Of a stretch of 64,000 bases of DNA, positions 11,795-29,954 are shown piece after piece. Origin of the DNA: Selaginella moellendorffii (taxonomy: Eukaryota > Plantae > Lycopodiophyta); NCBI RefSeq assembly GCF_000143415.4, contig NW_003314281.1:422833-486832 (forward strand), given 5' to 3'. Every line of letters begins with the position of its first letter. The stretch's first letter is position 1. A program made the translations under genes and the position numbers. Under the pieces are notes generated by a model, which was not told the origin of the DNA, ran no database searches, and saw only the letters and a list, made by a program, of their open reading frames with translations.

Positions 11795-11965
11795 TGGTGA
11801 TGTTGTAGTAAAGTGGATCGAGGAAAGACTCAAACTGGAGCCAAGGGCATTGAGAGCTCTTATAAGGATGATGATCTGCTGGAGCTTTGCCTGAAGCATG
11901 GTTTTCGCGAAGAAGCCCTCCTGGTCATGAAGACGTGGGGGCTGATGCTTATGGCAAAAAAGTGG
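11795..11965 (+). pseudogene. Oppositely oriented remnant of the middle part of the same 2OG-oxygenase gene family
   Basis: VVKWIEERLKLEP resembles IVNWLEEQRKREP, and LLELCLKHGFREEALLVMKTWGLMLM resembles LLEFCINHDFRDAAFSVMKKWGMKLM, with a frameshift between them. Confidence 0.7.
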
Positions 11966-12665
11966 ACGGGGGTCCAAGTTACAATATCCAGATCAAACGG
12001 GAATGAAACTCCAACGCATCCATACTTTGCAAAACCATTTGCAGAAGTGATCCTTTGTCAATTGAACTCCAAAGTCCGGGAGCATTCTCACAAACCATTC
12101 TCTAGAGCTTGCAGAGGTGGACATTCTAATTGTCGGTGTAACTCAAGACGAGTGCTCAGCCGTCCTGTTTATGATCATTTGATTGTAAGGCCTTTAGTTT
12201 TACTCAATGACAAAAAAAAAAGGAGCTCCTGCCATTTGGGACTGAAATAAGCTGCTCGGCTAGCTTGCACTTGTGAAGTGACTACACTTTAGGTTTGGGA
12301 GGCTGGCCTAAATTCGAACTGTGTTTGTTTCACCAAGAGCCATGACTTTGGTGAGAAAGTAGCTCACTTCCATAAATTTGTTGTGATTTTTTTCTCTGGA
12401 GGCTGATATTAACTAATTAGAGTAGTTATATGGAAGATTTGTGAGTGTGAATGTCATAGTTTTGGCAGCATTATACACAACTTCTTGCTTCAATCAGAAT
12501 TTTCTTAATCTATTTCATAGTCACTAAAATTTTCTATTAAATTAGTTCAGATTTTGCATAGTGACTAAAATAATTTAGGGAATAAATAAATATTATGCAT
12601 TGCTCCAAACACTCTTTTGTATATAACCTAAAATTTTTAATTTAACTCTAAACCCCAATTCCTAA

Positions 12666-12745
12666 TGACGGCTGTGGGATTTGAACCCACGCCCTTACGG
12701 ATTGGAGCCTAAATCCAACGCCTTAGACCACTCGGCCAAACCGTC
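12666..12745 (-). tRNA. tRNA-Leu (anticodon UAG)
   Basis: Minus strand reads GACGGTTTGGCCGAGTGGTCTAAGGCGTTGGATTTAGGCTCCAATCCGTAAGGGCGTGGGTTCAAATCCCACAGCCGTCA, with acceptor stem, A box, anticodon arm TTGGA-TT TAG GC-TCCAA, long variable arm and GGTTCAAATCC B box. Confidence 0.95.
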
Positions 12746-12804
12746 ATTATATGATCATCGAAATGTTAAAAAGAAAAACGTATGCTCTGGATTAGGTCAA
12801 AATA

Positions 12805-17431
<4,627 letters not shown>

Positions 17432-17653
17432 ACCCGGTAAGCATGCTAGAAAAAACAAATTTTGATCGCTAAAAGGTCCACTTTTGATTAACAGGATAGG
17501 AGATCTTAGAGAAGGCTTAGTCAAAGTAAGTTATTGACAACGTATAGTGTGCCTTGGAAAAGAGAAGAGCAAAGGCTCTATCAATGATATGGTAATCTTC
17601 CGTCTCCCAAATTTTCTAAGCCTCCAAATCTTTCGCATCTTTCGCATCTTTCG

Positions 17654-18594
17654 TCAGACATTGTCATCGTGAAACCACCACCTCGTGTCTTTGGGCGACT
17701 TGCGGCAGCTTTTAACGTATCTGTCATTGTCCTGCGGCCGCTCCTACAAGAATCAAAAATTCAGAAAAGGAGAGTCAGTCACCATCTCTCCCAAGCGCAC
17801 GACCTTTCGGGACAAACAAAAAGCGAATTTTTGCGAGTACCTTGGCCGGAGAACTTGAGAGCATTGAGAGAATGCTCATGCAAACCGAGCTGACGGTCAT
17901 GGCTGGGGACCAAGACTCGTACAGAATGTCTGCAGTGAAAGTAGACCAAGCATCCAAGTGTGTCGTCAATGGCGTAAAAGAGAAGGAGAATCGAAGCTCC
18001 TTACCTAAGCAAATATGGCCATTGCTGTAGATGTGGGGATGTAGAGGAGCAGGCTCCAAGAAAACGACCTGGAAACCAATGAACCCGATGAACAAAGAAA
18101 GAAAGAAAATAAAGTTGAGAGCGAGAAATTGGCTTTGCTTGAATTCGTTACCTGAGGTGATTCCATCGGATAGTTCTCTGGGAATTCAATCTGGAGGATG
18201 TATTTCTCGTCCGCGTAGAGCGTTCCCGACGCCCCAATCATATCTATGTGCCACCTGTTCGAGAAGGAAAGAAAAAAGAGAGGAGAAATCGATCGGAATT
18301 GCGAAATCGCGGCTGTACCTTTGGAGATTGTCCGAGTATTTGTGCTTGAAACCAGCTGGAGGATTGATCTGCCACTCTGCGAGCTCCTTTTGGAGGCGAT
18401 TGGCCGCAATCTTGCTCAGCACCTGGAAGAACACATTGAGGGATCCAAAAGCTGAGAATCACACTGGAATGTAGCTGCGCGCACGGGAAAGAGAGACCCT
18501 ACTCGACCTTTTGGTGGCCCGACGAGACGGCCGTATCGGGCGCGCGACGAGACGGCCGCTTCTTCGATCGGACCTCCGCCTCGAGCGACGCCAT
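17654..18594 (-). CDS. Ubiquitin-conjugating enzyme E2, UBE2W / plant UBC15-18 group; multi-exon
   Basis: [87 protein letters not shown]. Confidence 0.92.
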
Positions 18595-18725
18595 GGATCG
18601 ATGGCGCAAATCCGAAAACCCTAAGGCGCTGGAATGGAAATTTTTTGCGCCTCCTTCCAAAATGCTATAAGACTCTTCTCACACGCACAACAACGAAGCA
18701 AAATGGAGGTCCCAATTCCAGACCC

Positions 18726-18840
18726 AATCGGACGGCTCAAACGCCCGACATTCCGGAGATCCAACGGCCGAGATTACGGACCTAATCGGACGGCTCAAAC
18801 GCTCGACATTATGGAGATCCGGCGGCCACGATTACGGCTG
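18726..18840. repeat. Two-copy 58-bp tandem repeat upstream of the E2 gene carrying MSA-like motifs
   Basis: aatcggacggctcaaacgcccgacattccggagatccaacggccgagattacgg (18726) and aatcggacggctcaaacgctcgacattatggagatccggcggccacgattacgg (18784). Confidence 0.7.
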
Positions 18841-19050
18841 CGCCGCACTCGAGCTACCAAGAAGATACTTCACGCTACACTGAAAGCTCCCATTCCTTTT
18901 CTTTTCCTCTCTCTTTCGTCCAAATTCTTACCAATCCCCGTCTCAATCGAGGAATTTGGTGGTGTACTTCGAGCATTTTTTTTCTCTCTTCATCTTCTTC
19001 TTCTCCGGACGAAGATTTCATGCTTAGCCATACTTGCTGGAATCGTAGCT

Positions 19051-20765
19051 TTACGGCGGGTATAATGACCACAGTGCGATGCACGAATCTTGAGATGATG
19101 AAGCTAGCAAAGCGTTGTCGCTGGAGAACACAACTCCAGTCACCTACAGGCAAAAGCAGTGAGAATGCTGCCTCGCAGCAAACCAAGGCACTCACCGATG
19201 ATGAATGATACTTGAGAATCGCTAGAGCGCGCCTGCGTTGATAATCATATATCCGGACGCTGGACTCCGCCAAGACGCAAATAATTTGTGAGTGAATGAA
19301 TGGTTCCACTGAAGCTTACCGGTTATCCCATCCAGCAGTGGCAGCGATCTTACAGTCTGGACGAACTGCGACGTCTCCAATACCAGGCCGTCCGTGGTTT
19401 ACTTCCAGTATCGACGCAAACGCGTTCTACAAATGGCAAAAAAGGAAGTTGGAGCAACCTTCGACATGATCGAACGCACCTGCTTGTAGTCAATGTTGAA
19501 AAACACCGTTTTCTCGTCAGCCGCACCGGACATTCCACCTCGGCACCAATCATCCAGCGCAAGGCTCAGCACTGGCAGGAAAATGACACAAAAGTTTCAC
19601 GACCATAGCTACAAACTTTGCGTGTTACGTACCAGGTTCCGTGTGAAAACGAGCAGTAGTACGAGGAGAACGACAGTTTCTCATGTCCCATAATGCCATG
19701 CTTCCATCCTCGTACCCAACGAGTACGTTGGGAGTCCCGTCTAGCTCAGGTGGTACAAATAGCTCGAGCGCCATACACATTCCTGCGACAGGGATTTAGA
19801 ACGTTCACACATTGATATGCCTCGAACATAGATTACCTGAGCCTTTCGTATCGTGATGATGATGCAGCCGCTCCACACGAACACCCGCATCGACGTCCCA
19901 GATTTCAGCCTGCAAGCTACACGATTTAAGAATCAATCAGCAACTGAAGGAAAGTTTCGGGAAACTAGAGGTAGCTGCCACTTACAATCGAGGGGTCCTC
20001 GCCAGCAATGGCCACGAGAGACTTTCCTGGGACGAAAAATGAGGCAAAGTTTGTCCGGCAACCCAAGGTTGTATTACCTGAAAGATTTCGAGCTATAAGA
20101 TTGTGCTCCACATTGTCGCTCTCTTCCAGGGCAACTTCAGTAATGACAGGAGCAGTAGACACTCTCAAAGGCGAGAGCTTGCAAAAATGATACGCATTCG
20201 TTCTGATTGTGACCAGAGGTTCCCTGCAAGACGAAAACCAAAGAACGTGAGAAAAGGAAAAGGAGAGTACAACCCCACACACAAAAAAAAAAGACCTTGA
20301 TAAGCTTGCTTCACCTAGCTGCCAGCATTTGACAGTGCCATCGCGTCCTTGGCTGCGAGAACAAAGACGATGATACTCACAATCACTCAAGCAAAAGAAA
20401 GCTTGCTTGCCTTAGAACTTTGTTCTCCATGAGCCCGCTAGTGCCAATTCCAATCACTCCAGCCTTGGGACTGTGTGCTCTAAACCGAAAGAAAAAACGC
20501 AATAAAATTCGCTCTTGATCGATCCTCCAAAAGAATTCTACTCACTGGCACGAAGCGATCGTCCTTCTGCGACTAACATCCCAAATCCGGAGCTCGCCAT
20601 TTGTGTCACTGAGATGAAAGAGATGAGGCCGAGAGCGCGAGGAGATCTCTTGGATCCCTACCCGGAGAAGAGGAGCTTGGCGCCGTGAAACGCGACGGCA
20701 TTCACGCCCGATCTGTGCGCCCTGAGCACCGCGATGGGATCTGGAGGGCGCCCCAGGCTAGACAT
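19051..20765 (-). CDS. DSE1: WD40-repeat protein DSE1/TANMEI (ASA1/GNB1L family); multi-exon
   Basis: N-terminus MSSLGRPPDPIAVLRAHRSGVNAVAFHGAKLLFSG..GELRIWD; SQGRDGTVKCW; TNAYHFCKLS; IAATAGWDN..VRIYDYQRRRALAILKYH; C-terminus LLASSSQDSCIALWSLYPP*. Confidence 0.85.
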
Positions 20766-20788
20766 CTACCTAGAAGAAATATTTCGAT

Positions 20789-20797
20789 AAACCCTAA
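20789..20797 (+). promoter_or_regulatory. Telo-box (AAACCCTAA) in the 42-bp gap between the divergent DSE1 and HEMB start codons
   Basis: Exact AAACCCTAA. Similar boxes occur near other gene starts (about 18617, 35495 and 59451-59476). Confidence 0.55.
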
Positions 20798-20807
20798 AAC
20801 CACGGCA

Positions 20808-22726
<1,919 letters not shown>

Positions 22727-22846
22727 GAAGAAGAAAATGAGACATCATTCACGGGAGATGGAGGAAGCGGCCGGATGGTTAAATAAGAAAACGAAGTTTG
22801 CTTCGCGGGATATGGAGGAGCCAAAGGTCTTCTTCTGATGGAATAA

Positions 22847-24670
22847 ATGCGTGAGCTTTCCACGGGCAGTGTGAAGGAGGATCTAGCGTCGTTGGTGGCA
22901 TCGTGCAAGGATTTGTCGCAGGCCAGGCAGCTCCACGCTCGAGTTCTTTCCAGCGAGCAGCTCTCGCAGGATAGGCATCTCTGCAATCTCTTGGTGAAAA
23001 TGTATGGCAGATGCGGGAGCGCCCGTGATGCGTTTGATGTCTTTCAAAGCTTGCACTCGAGAGATGTTTTCTCTTGGAACATCATGCTGAATGCTTATAC
23101 CCAGAATGGGCATCTTGAGACCGCAAAAACGTTTCTAGAGAGCTTTCCAGAAAAGAACGTAGTTTCATGGAACACCATCTTGGCTGCTTACTCAAACCAT
23201 GACTGTGTTAACGAAGCTACCCAGTTTTTCAATAAGATGCCTGCATGGGACACAGCTTCATGGAATACTTTGATCACTGCATATGCCAGAGGAGGGCATA
23301 TGGATGCGGCAAAACTTCTCTTTGACAAGATGCCGGAGTGGAACGAGATCACCAGCATTGCCTTGATCACTGGATTCGCCAGCTCCGGAAGCCTGCATTC
23401 CGCAAAATATGTCTTTGATTTCATTCCAGAGTTTGCTCCCGCGGCAGCAATGGCTCTGATCGCGGCATACGTGCGTACAGGCCACCTCCACGAAGCCAAG
23501 CACATCTTTGACAAGCTGGAGCAGCCGAGCATCGCAGCATCCACTAGCATGATCACTGCTTACGCGCAAGAGGGCGATCTGGAAAGAGCCAAGCAAATCT
23601 TTGACGGGATGGAACTCTTGGACGAGGTTTCATGGACTGTGATGCTCCAGGCGTACGCACAGCGAGGAAAGATGAGAGAAGCCAAGCGCTTGTTTGATTC
23701 TATCCCAGTTCCGGTGGACAAGGGCCGCGATCTCGTGGCGTGGAGCGTGATGCTGCTGGGCTACACACAAGCAAGAGATGTTCCTCGGGCGAGAGACTTG
23801 TTTGAGACAATCCCACGGAGAAATGTCGTGTCCTGGACGCTCATGCTCCAGGCTTACATCGAAGCCGGGGAGTTTTCCAACGCCATCGAGCTCTTCAATT
23901 CCATGCCCGAAAGAAACGTCGTGTCGATGACCGCCATGCTTGCTGCTCACGCCGGGCGACAAGACTTGGAATGCGCAAAGTTTATGTTTGATTCCATGCC
24001 CGAGAAGAACTTGGTCTCGTGGTCGGCGATGCTGCAAGGCTACGCTACCAGCGGTGACGTCCGAGGAGCAAAGATCTTGTTCGAAGAGATGCCGTGGAAA
24101 GACACAGTTGCCTGGACAACCATGCTCCAAGCGTACGCTCAAGCTGGTCACTTAAGAACTTCCTTGTTCGTGTTTGAGACGATGCCCGAGCGAAACGTTG
24201 TGTCGTGGACAGCAATGATCTCGGCTTTTGCTCACTCTGGCAACCAGATGGATTCGATCCAAATTTTCCACACGATGAACTTGGAAGGAGTGAAGCCCGA
24301 TGATATATGCTTCGCCAGCGCTCTACTTGCTTGTAACCATGTTGGATTGCTCTACAGAGGCCATGGTTATTTTACCTCGATGAGAAGGGATCACGGGATT
24401 GCTCCAGGGAGAGAGCACTACTTTAGCATGGCCGATATTCTTTGTCGAGCAGGACGGCTCGAGAGTGCGCAGGAACTTATACGTACCATGCCTTTCGTGC
24501 CGGAAGTCTTGCACTGGGGATCGCTGCTAAACGCGTGTAAACTTCAGGAAAATACGAAGATTGGGAACAAAACTGCCAAGCATCTGTCGACTCTGGATCC
24601 CAACGACGCTGCTCCTCACGTTCTCTTGTCAAATCTCTATGCTTCTCTTGGGAACTTGGGTAGAGCTTAG
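22847..24670 (+). CDS. Pentatricopeptide repeat protein, PLS class with E extension and no DYW domain
   Basis: Intronless 607-aa array of about 31-aa motifs (VSWTxMLQAYAQxG..AK.LFDxMPE.N), then EHYFSMADILCRAGRL..ELIRTMPFVPEVLHWGSLLNAC..PHVLLSNLYA. Confidence 0.93.
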   Translation: MRELSTGSVKEDLASLVASCKDLSQARQLHARVLSSEQLSQDRHLCNLLVKMYGRCGSARDAFDVFQSLHSRDVFSWNIMLNAYTQNGHLETAKTFLESFPEKNVVSWNTILAAYSNHDCVNEATQFFNKMPAWDTASWNTLITAYARGGHMDAAKLLFDKMPEWNEITSIALITGFASSGSLHSAKYVFDFIPEFAPAAAMALIAAYVRTGHLHEAKHIFDKLEQPSIAASTSMITAYAQEGDLERAKQIFDGMELLDEVSWTVMLQAYAQRGKMREAKRLFDSIPVPVDKGRDLVAWSVMLLGYTQARDVPRARDLFETIPRRNVVSWTLMLQAYIEAGEFSNAIELFNSMPERNVVSMTAMLAAHAGRQDLECAKFMFDSMPEKNLVSWSAMLQGYATSGDVRGAKILFEEMPWKDTVAWTTMLQAYAQAGHLRTSLFVFETMPERNVVSWTAMISAFAHSGNQMDSIQIFHTMNLEGVKPDDICFASALLACNHVGLLYRGHGYFTSMRRDHGIAPGREHYFSMADILCRAGRLESAQELIRTMPFVPEVLHWGSLLNACKLQENTKIGNKTAKHLSTLDPNDAAPHVLLSNLYASLGNLGRA

Positions 24671-24686
24671 ATCAAACAACACTTGT

Positions 24687-25784
24687 TTATAGTTGTAAGA
24701 CCACTTTCATGTCAAAAATCTCTTGATCATTCGGGGTGATCTCCTGACACTCTTTTGGATCCTCGAGCACTTCTCCTGACAGCCAGGGCTTGAATGAATT
24801 CATCATACAAGAATGCTGCAAAAGAATAAGCTCTCAGTCAAACACATTTAGAGCTTTGGAGATTTAAGATCACCTGTAGCCAGAAAAAGAATCCACGCAA
24901 CAGTCGAAGCCTCTTCTCTGAGCTTCTAGTCACACTGAGAACTTCAGTAAAGTCTACACGAAACGAGAACGAGGAAACAGAGAAGAAGATGAGAAAAACT
25001 TTGAGCTGATCATATGTAGCGTCACCTGGAAAGTGGTCAAGATACGAGTTCCCTGCATTTTCAGTCTCGAATGGAACGCTTCCCTGGCGCGTTTGTCTCA
25101 ACTTCACGACGGGCTTACGATGGCTCACATCTTTCTCCATTCTCTCAAGCTCGTCACCATCAAACGGTCTCTCGAGCTCGGCTTCCAGCTTTTGGCCGAA
25201 ACTCGACGTACTAGTAAGTCTCGGTTCCAATACCTCCTCAACATCACAAGAACCATCTTCCTGCTCGAAATAAAAGCCGTGGAGAGAAAAGAAAGAACGA
25301 GGAAGAACAAAGACAGCACCTCTGGAATCAGATCTTGACCGGACTCTTTTGGCAGAGCTCGAGTTTCCGTGTAGACTTGATCATCCTGAGTGACCCATGG
25401 ATGCTTTCTGGGTCTCCCGGGCTTGCGCTTGACGCTCGGATCGATGTATTTCTTTGGTCTTCCTCGTTTTCTCTTGGTCTTAAATCTATAAGAGCAGTTA
25501 AGAGCGAGCAAGAGAACGCGATGGATGAAAAGAATCGCACACCTTGGCGGAGGGACCGTGTTGACCGATCCATTTCTGTGCTGAACGGTGGGTTGAACTA
25601 CGTTGACCGGGCCTGCCGCTACGAGAAAACTGTGAGAGACAACATGGAAGCACGGTAGCGATGGTGCTGCCGGCACCACATTGTAGATCATCTTGTCCAG
25701 GTGCGAGTGGAGGCTTTGGATCGAATCAAACTGGAGCAGAACTGGACCGCCGACGCTTCCCTGCATGGATCGCCACTTGATCAT
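24687..25784 (-). CDS. Plant uncharacterised-family protein with two AT-hook motifs; multi-exon
   Basis: KRKRGRPKK and RKPGRPRKH AT-hooks; C-terminal block LERPFD..E...SYLDHFPD..LRLLRGFFFWLQHSCMMNSFKPW; stop TAA at 24687-24689. Start codon uncertain. Confidence 0.65.
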
Positions 25785-28700
25785 CGATCAAACAGTGAAG
25801 CCAAGAGTAAAAAAGCGCTCAAACCGTTGAATCAGCCATGTCTGTGTAAGAAGCTCTTAATGACAACCTCACACGCTTAGGACGCTAAACCAAAGCTCCA
25901 TATCAATCCAGATCGGACACTAAACAAGCAGCATGATCACCATCTAGATCGATTGATCGATCTGAGAACTTTTAAAGACAGGAACTGTGTGTTATGTGTC
26001 CTCTACTCGATTCGATTTGCTTCAAGTCAGACACTACACACTGTTCTCGGTGGGATGCTCGTAAGTTTCGCTCCCTCGGTGCCACAAAACTACTGAATCC
26101 ACTGTCGGTTATATATACATATAATCTGATTCTCTTTCCACATGACACAAACAGTCAGTCGTCAGGCAGTTCGGGCGCACAAAATTTCGATTCCACGAAC
26201 GAAACCGTAGCTTCATTTAATAAACAAGTGACGGAGATCTGCGGGGGAAATTAATGCTTACGAATGAATCCCACAAGTTAACGTTCTCTTGGTGGTGTGT
26301 ATAAATATATAAGCATTTGGCACAAAGCATCATGAATTCATGTTAGTTTTCTGTTTGGAGCTTGACCTCTTCTTCGATCAAAACCATGTATTTGGACCGG
26401 GTTGCAAGGTCAATGGCCTGCATTCATGCATGCACTCCAACCCAAACGCATCGCCTGCCACGTGCAAGGATCAGACAACAAACCCTAATTCTCGCCAGCC
26501 AAGTTAGACAGAATCTTAGACTTACGTAGAGCGCGCAAATGTAGCCTCCATTGCAACATTGCGCTGCTTGAATGCCGCCAAGAGACGTGACGACCATTCA
26601 AGAGAAAAGTATCCACGACTCATGTTGCACTATAACATCTACGTATTAATTTACTCTTGTCGCCGTGCTTGACTATTTTGTATATGCCGTGGGTATGCAA
26701 CCAAATCTCTGGGGCGCGCAAGATCTCGCTGATGTAAACCTCACATTCCGGGAAATACAAAAAACTTCAAGGCACCACCCAAAACGGCGCTAAGTTCATT
26801 CACTCCCCCGTTGAAATGTGTCAAAAAACAAAAACAAAAACAAAACCGGAAGAAACCAAATAAACAAGAAACCGAAACGGACAAAGCCCTCTAAACATTC
26901 ATCTTCACTGCTGCAGCCCTAATTCGTCGGTTGGATTGGAGACGGAAGATTTCAGCAGCCAACCACCATCTAAGGGGATTGAACCTTCGTCCGTACATTC
27001 CCTTGGACAAGTATACATTGATGCATGGATGATATCATCAATGATTGTTCACCCCACTGCAAGGTTGGCAAATTGTGGGCATGTACTCGTTTCGTGCATT
27101 TGCTGGTCCCAAAGCCATATACATTGCCACCAATCCCAAAGCAGATTCACGAATATGCGCCCCACTGCAGACACAACTTCACGTGGGCATCTGTGGCCCG
27201 GATTGCCACATTGGCCATGCAAAGGTGGTGAGGCATGCCTGTCGCGCTGTTATGTCTGGTTGGGGGGAAAGCGTTGCTGGTCCAGTTGGGATGGACAGTG
27301 AGAGTGCGCGGATGCCCCCTTATGTGCTTGTTTTCTTGTACTCGCTTTCTTCCGAAAATGTCCACGCCCAGACGAAAAAATCTGGAAAGCTTGTGACGAG
27401 ATCACTGACATTTCGCTGCAGGGAAACAATTACCGCCCGCCCTCGCAAACGAGCTCGCTCCTCTTGCAGCGTTGAAATCAATCAAGCTGTCTATCAGAAC
27501 TGTCGCGGGGCCGTCGATCTCGTTGTTCTCGTGCAATTTGTGGCGGAGCTTGTCGCCCAAATGGCAGCAACCTCGAGAGTTACCCACAGCCCCATGGGGA
27601 AAGGAATCCAAATCCAAATCTCCGCCACCTTTCAGAGCACCGAAATGAGAGGAATCTCATAACCCTTATGACAGTACTTTAGAGGCAAACGCGGTGTTGC
27701 AGTTCCAGTTGCCAACCTCGAGTTCGCAAACTGGGGCCTCCACGCCCACGTGACTGCCTGTTGTAGAAAAATGTTCCCAAAAGACGAGCTGACGGGGCCG
27801 GCCACATCGGATGAGTACTCCACGTCCGCGCAACATGTCGCCCAAAGCCCACCAATCCAGACGTCACATTGGCCATTCCACGCGAGAGATGCTTGACCGG
27901 AATTACCAAGCATGGGCATTTTGGCATCTTTCTCGTGTTGTTTTGCGATTTCAAGGAGCGAGATGGCGAGATTATTAATATGCGGATTGCCGTAGAGGGG
28001 GGAATATTGAGGGCTCAAGTGCAATACTTTAGAATAATTTACCCATTGCAAGAGGGTGGCGAAACAGGAGTCACTGGGGAGACCGCCCCATTCAATCTAT
28101 GCACAATATATTTGGAATATTATCGGTGTTCCTGCTAGATTGTTTGCGAAACATATGTGTCTGTGTCTAATCTCTCGAATGGGAAATCCAGTTGCAGGCT
28201 GTTTTTGTGAGTCCTCAAAAGGTGGATGGAGGAATCGTTGAACCTTGACTGGCATCTCATATTAAACAAACAAATCCCAATCCTGAATGGAAAAGGTGGC
28301 GACGATGATCCGCTCGTCTCTGGTCGTCTCTTGTTTTTGCTCCCATCAAATCAATCATGCCCACAAACACAGTTCGAACGTTACAATCCGCATACTACCT
28401 ACTATCTCGTTCGAGAAAATGGGAATCAAACATTGACTTGTAAAATAATTGAAGAGGAAGGCCGTACAATGTCCGTACCCTGGGAGGAATATCCGGCCGA
28501 GTTTAAAATTATAAAAATGGTGGAAAGGCACGAAAGTGAAAGAAATGAACCCCCCTCGGCTGCACGTGTGAAATTGGCTGCGCCGCTGCAATTGCAAACC
28601 CTGCGAAGCCACAAACTGTGTCCGACTGCAGCCTTTTGATGGAAAATGGATCATCGATTACGTCCGATCACGACTCACTGACTGAATCTTTTGGTCGCTG

Positions 28701-29194
28701 CCACCACAATTGATGAGCGAGAGAGAGAGGGATCGACCCACCTCTCGCTTTCGCACACAACTGGAAACTGGAATCACCAGAGCGCATTCCATATGAGACC
28801 AATTCATGGCAACTGATTGATCTGTGCCTACATGATCATGGATCCCGCGGCAGAGTGTATCGTCCTCTCGCAGCCTTCGTAGGATGTATAAGTTACTATC
28901 TACATGAAACAACAGGGAAAAGCAAAACTCACATTAAAAACGAAGGAAACCCATGTAGTACTGTGCCCGCACGGCCCGGCCACACAGCAGAGATTTTGGA
29001 AGAAAGGAATCTGGAATCAACCAGCAGGAGCTATGATCATCGATCCTCTCTCCCTCTCTCTCTCTTGCTAGCTTCAGTGACATGATCTCTCCAATTCATT
29101 GATATCTCACTTATTAGATACTCTGCCGATAGCTGTATATAGGATGGATGGATGGGTGCCTTGCTTGCCAGATCTTTGAGTGGTCTTGTTCTAG

Positions 29195-29228
29195 GCAGCA
29201 GCAGCAGCAGCAGCAGAAGCAGCAGCAG
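29195..29228. repeat. (CAG)n microsatellite
   Basis: gcagcagcagcagcagcagcagaagcagcagcag. Confidence 0.8.
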
Positions 29229-29954
29229 AGGAGAGCTTTTTCCTTCCGTGCTGTTGGAAGGAATTGGGCAGCCCAAATTTTGTCGGAGGATAAGATCTTT
29301 CTTTGTTTTTGCGTTAAATGCAGACTTTTCTTTAACAAAGTAGAAAACTAAGTTTTTGATCCAATCCATGATCCATCAGCCAGCCGCAAAAAAGGAGCCT
29401 CGTTTGTGCTGTTTGTTTCGTGCACGCAAATTTCTCTGCTTTCCGGTAACAAAAGCTTAAACAACTCCAGGAAAGCTTCTTTCTATTTCTTCCCCCCCTG
29501 GTGAAATTCGGCTGCTGGACTGACTGAATCCTCCGTAAGTTGGTGGCATCTAATTTAGCATTACAAAAAAACCACTGGAGGCCAAGTAAGTGCGCGGACT
29601 TGGGCATATAAAAGGCCAACACGGTGTGAGTGTGCTGCATTCCCCGCCAGCAGCAGCAAAGTGGCAAATCCCCATCAAGTGCTTCTGTTGGTTGGATAGA
29701 TCGATCCACCCAAAGCCTCACATTCAAAAGGTCTCCAGTTTTCAGTTTCAGTTTCAGTTTTCAGCTCCGCCCCCGGCTTCGGCTTTTGAGTTCAGTTTCT
29801 GAGTTCAGCTGCAGCTGCACTTGAACGTCCTTTTTTCTCTCCCCAGTTCTTCCCTTTCTTGAGAAGGAAAAAAAGGAGAGAAAATTTAGCTGATTTGTAA
29901 TTCTCACATACAAGAGAGAGAGAGAGAGTTCTTTTCTTGCTGATCGCGATCGCC

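Noticed and set aside
11028-11894. Plus-strand ORFs of 89-146 aa after LIN
   Set aside because: They are mostly antisense shadows of the 2OG-gene remnant.
18726-18840. Possible CRISPR-like repeat-spacer pattern
   Set aside because: Only two whole-unit tandem copies with no unique spacers, no cas genes, and a eukaryotic context.
26750-28044. Mutator element with TIRs
   Set aside because: The two ends are not clear reverse complements and no TSD was found; kept only as a low-interest finding.
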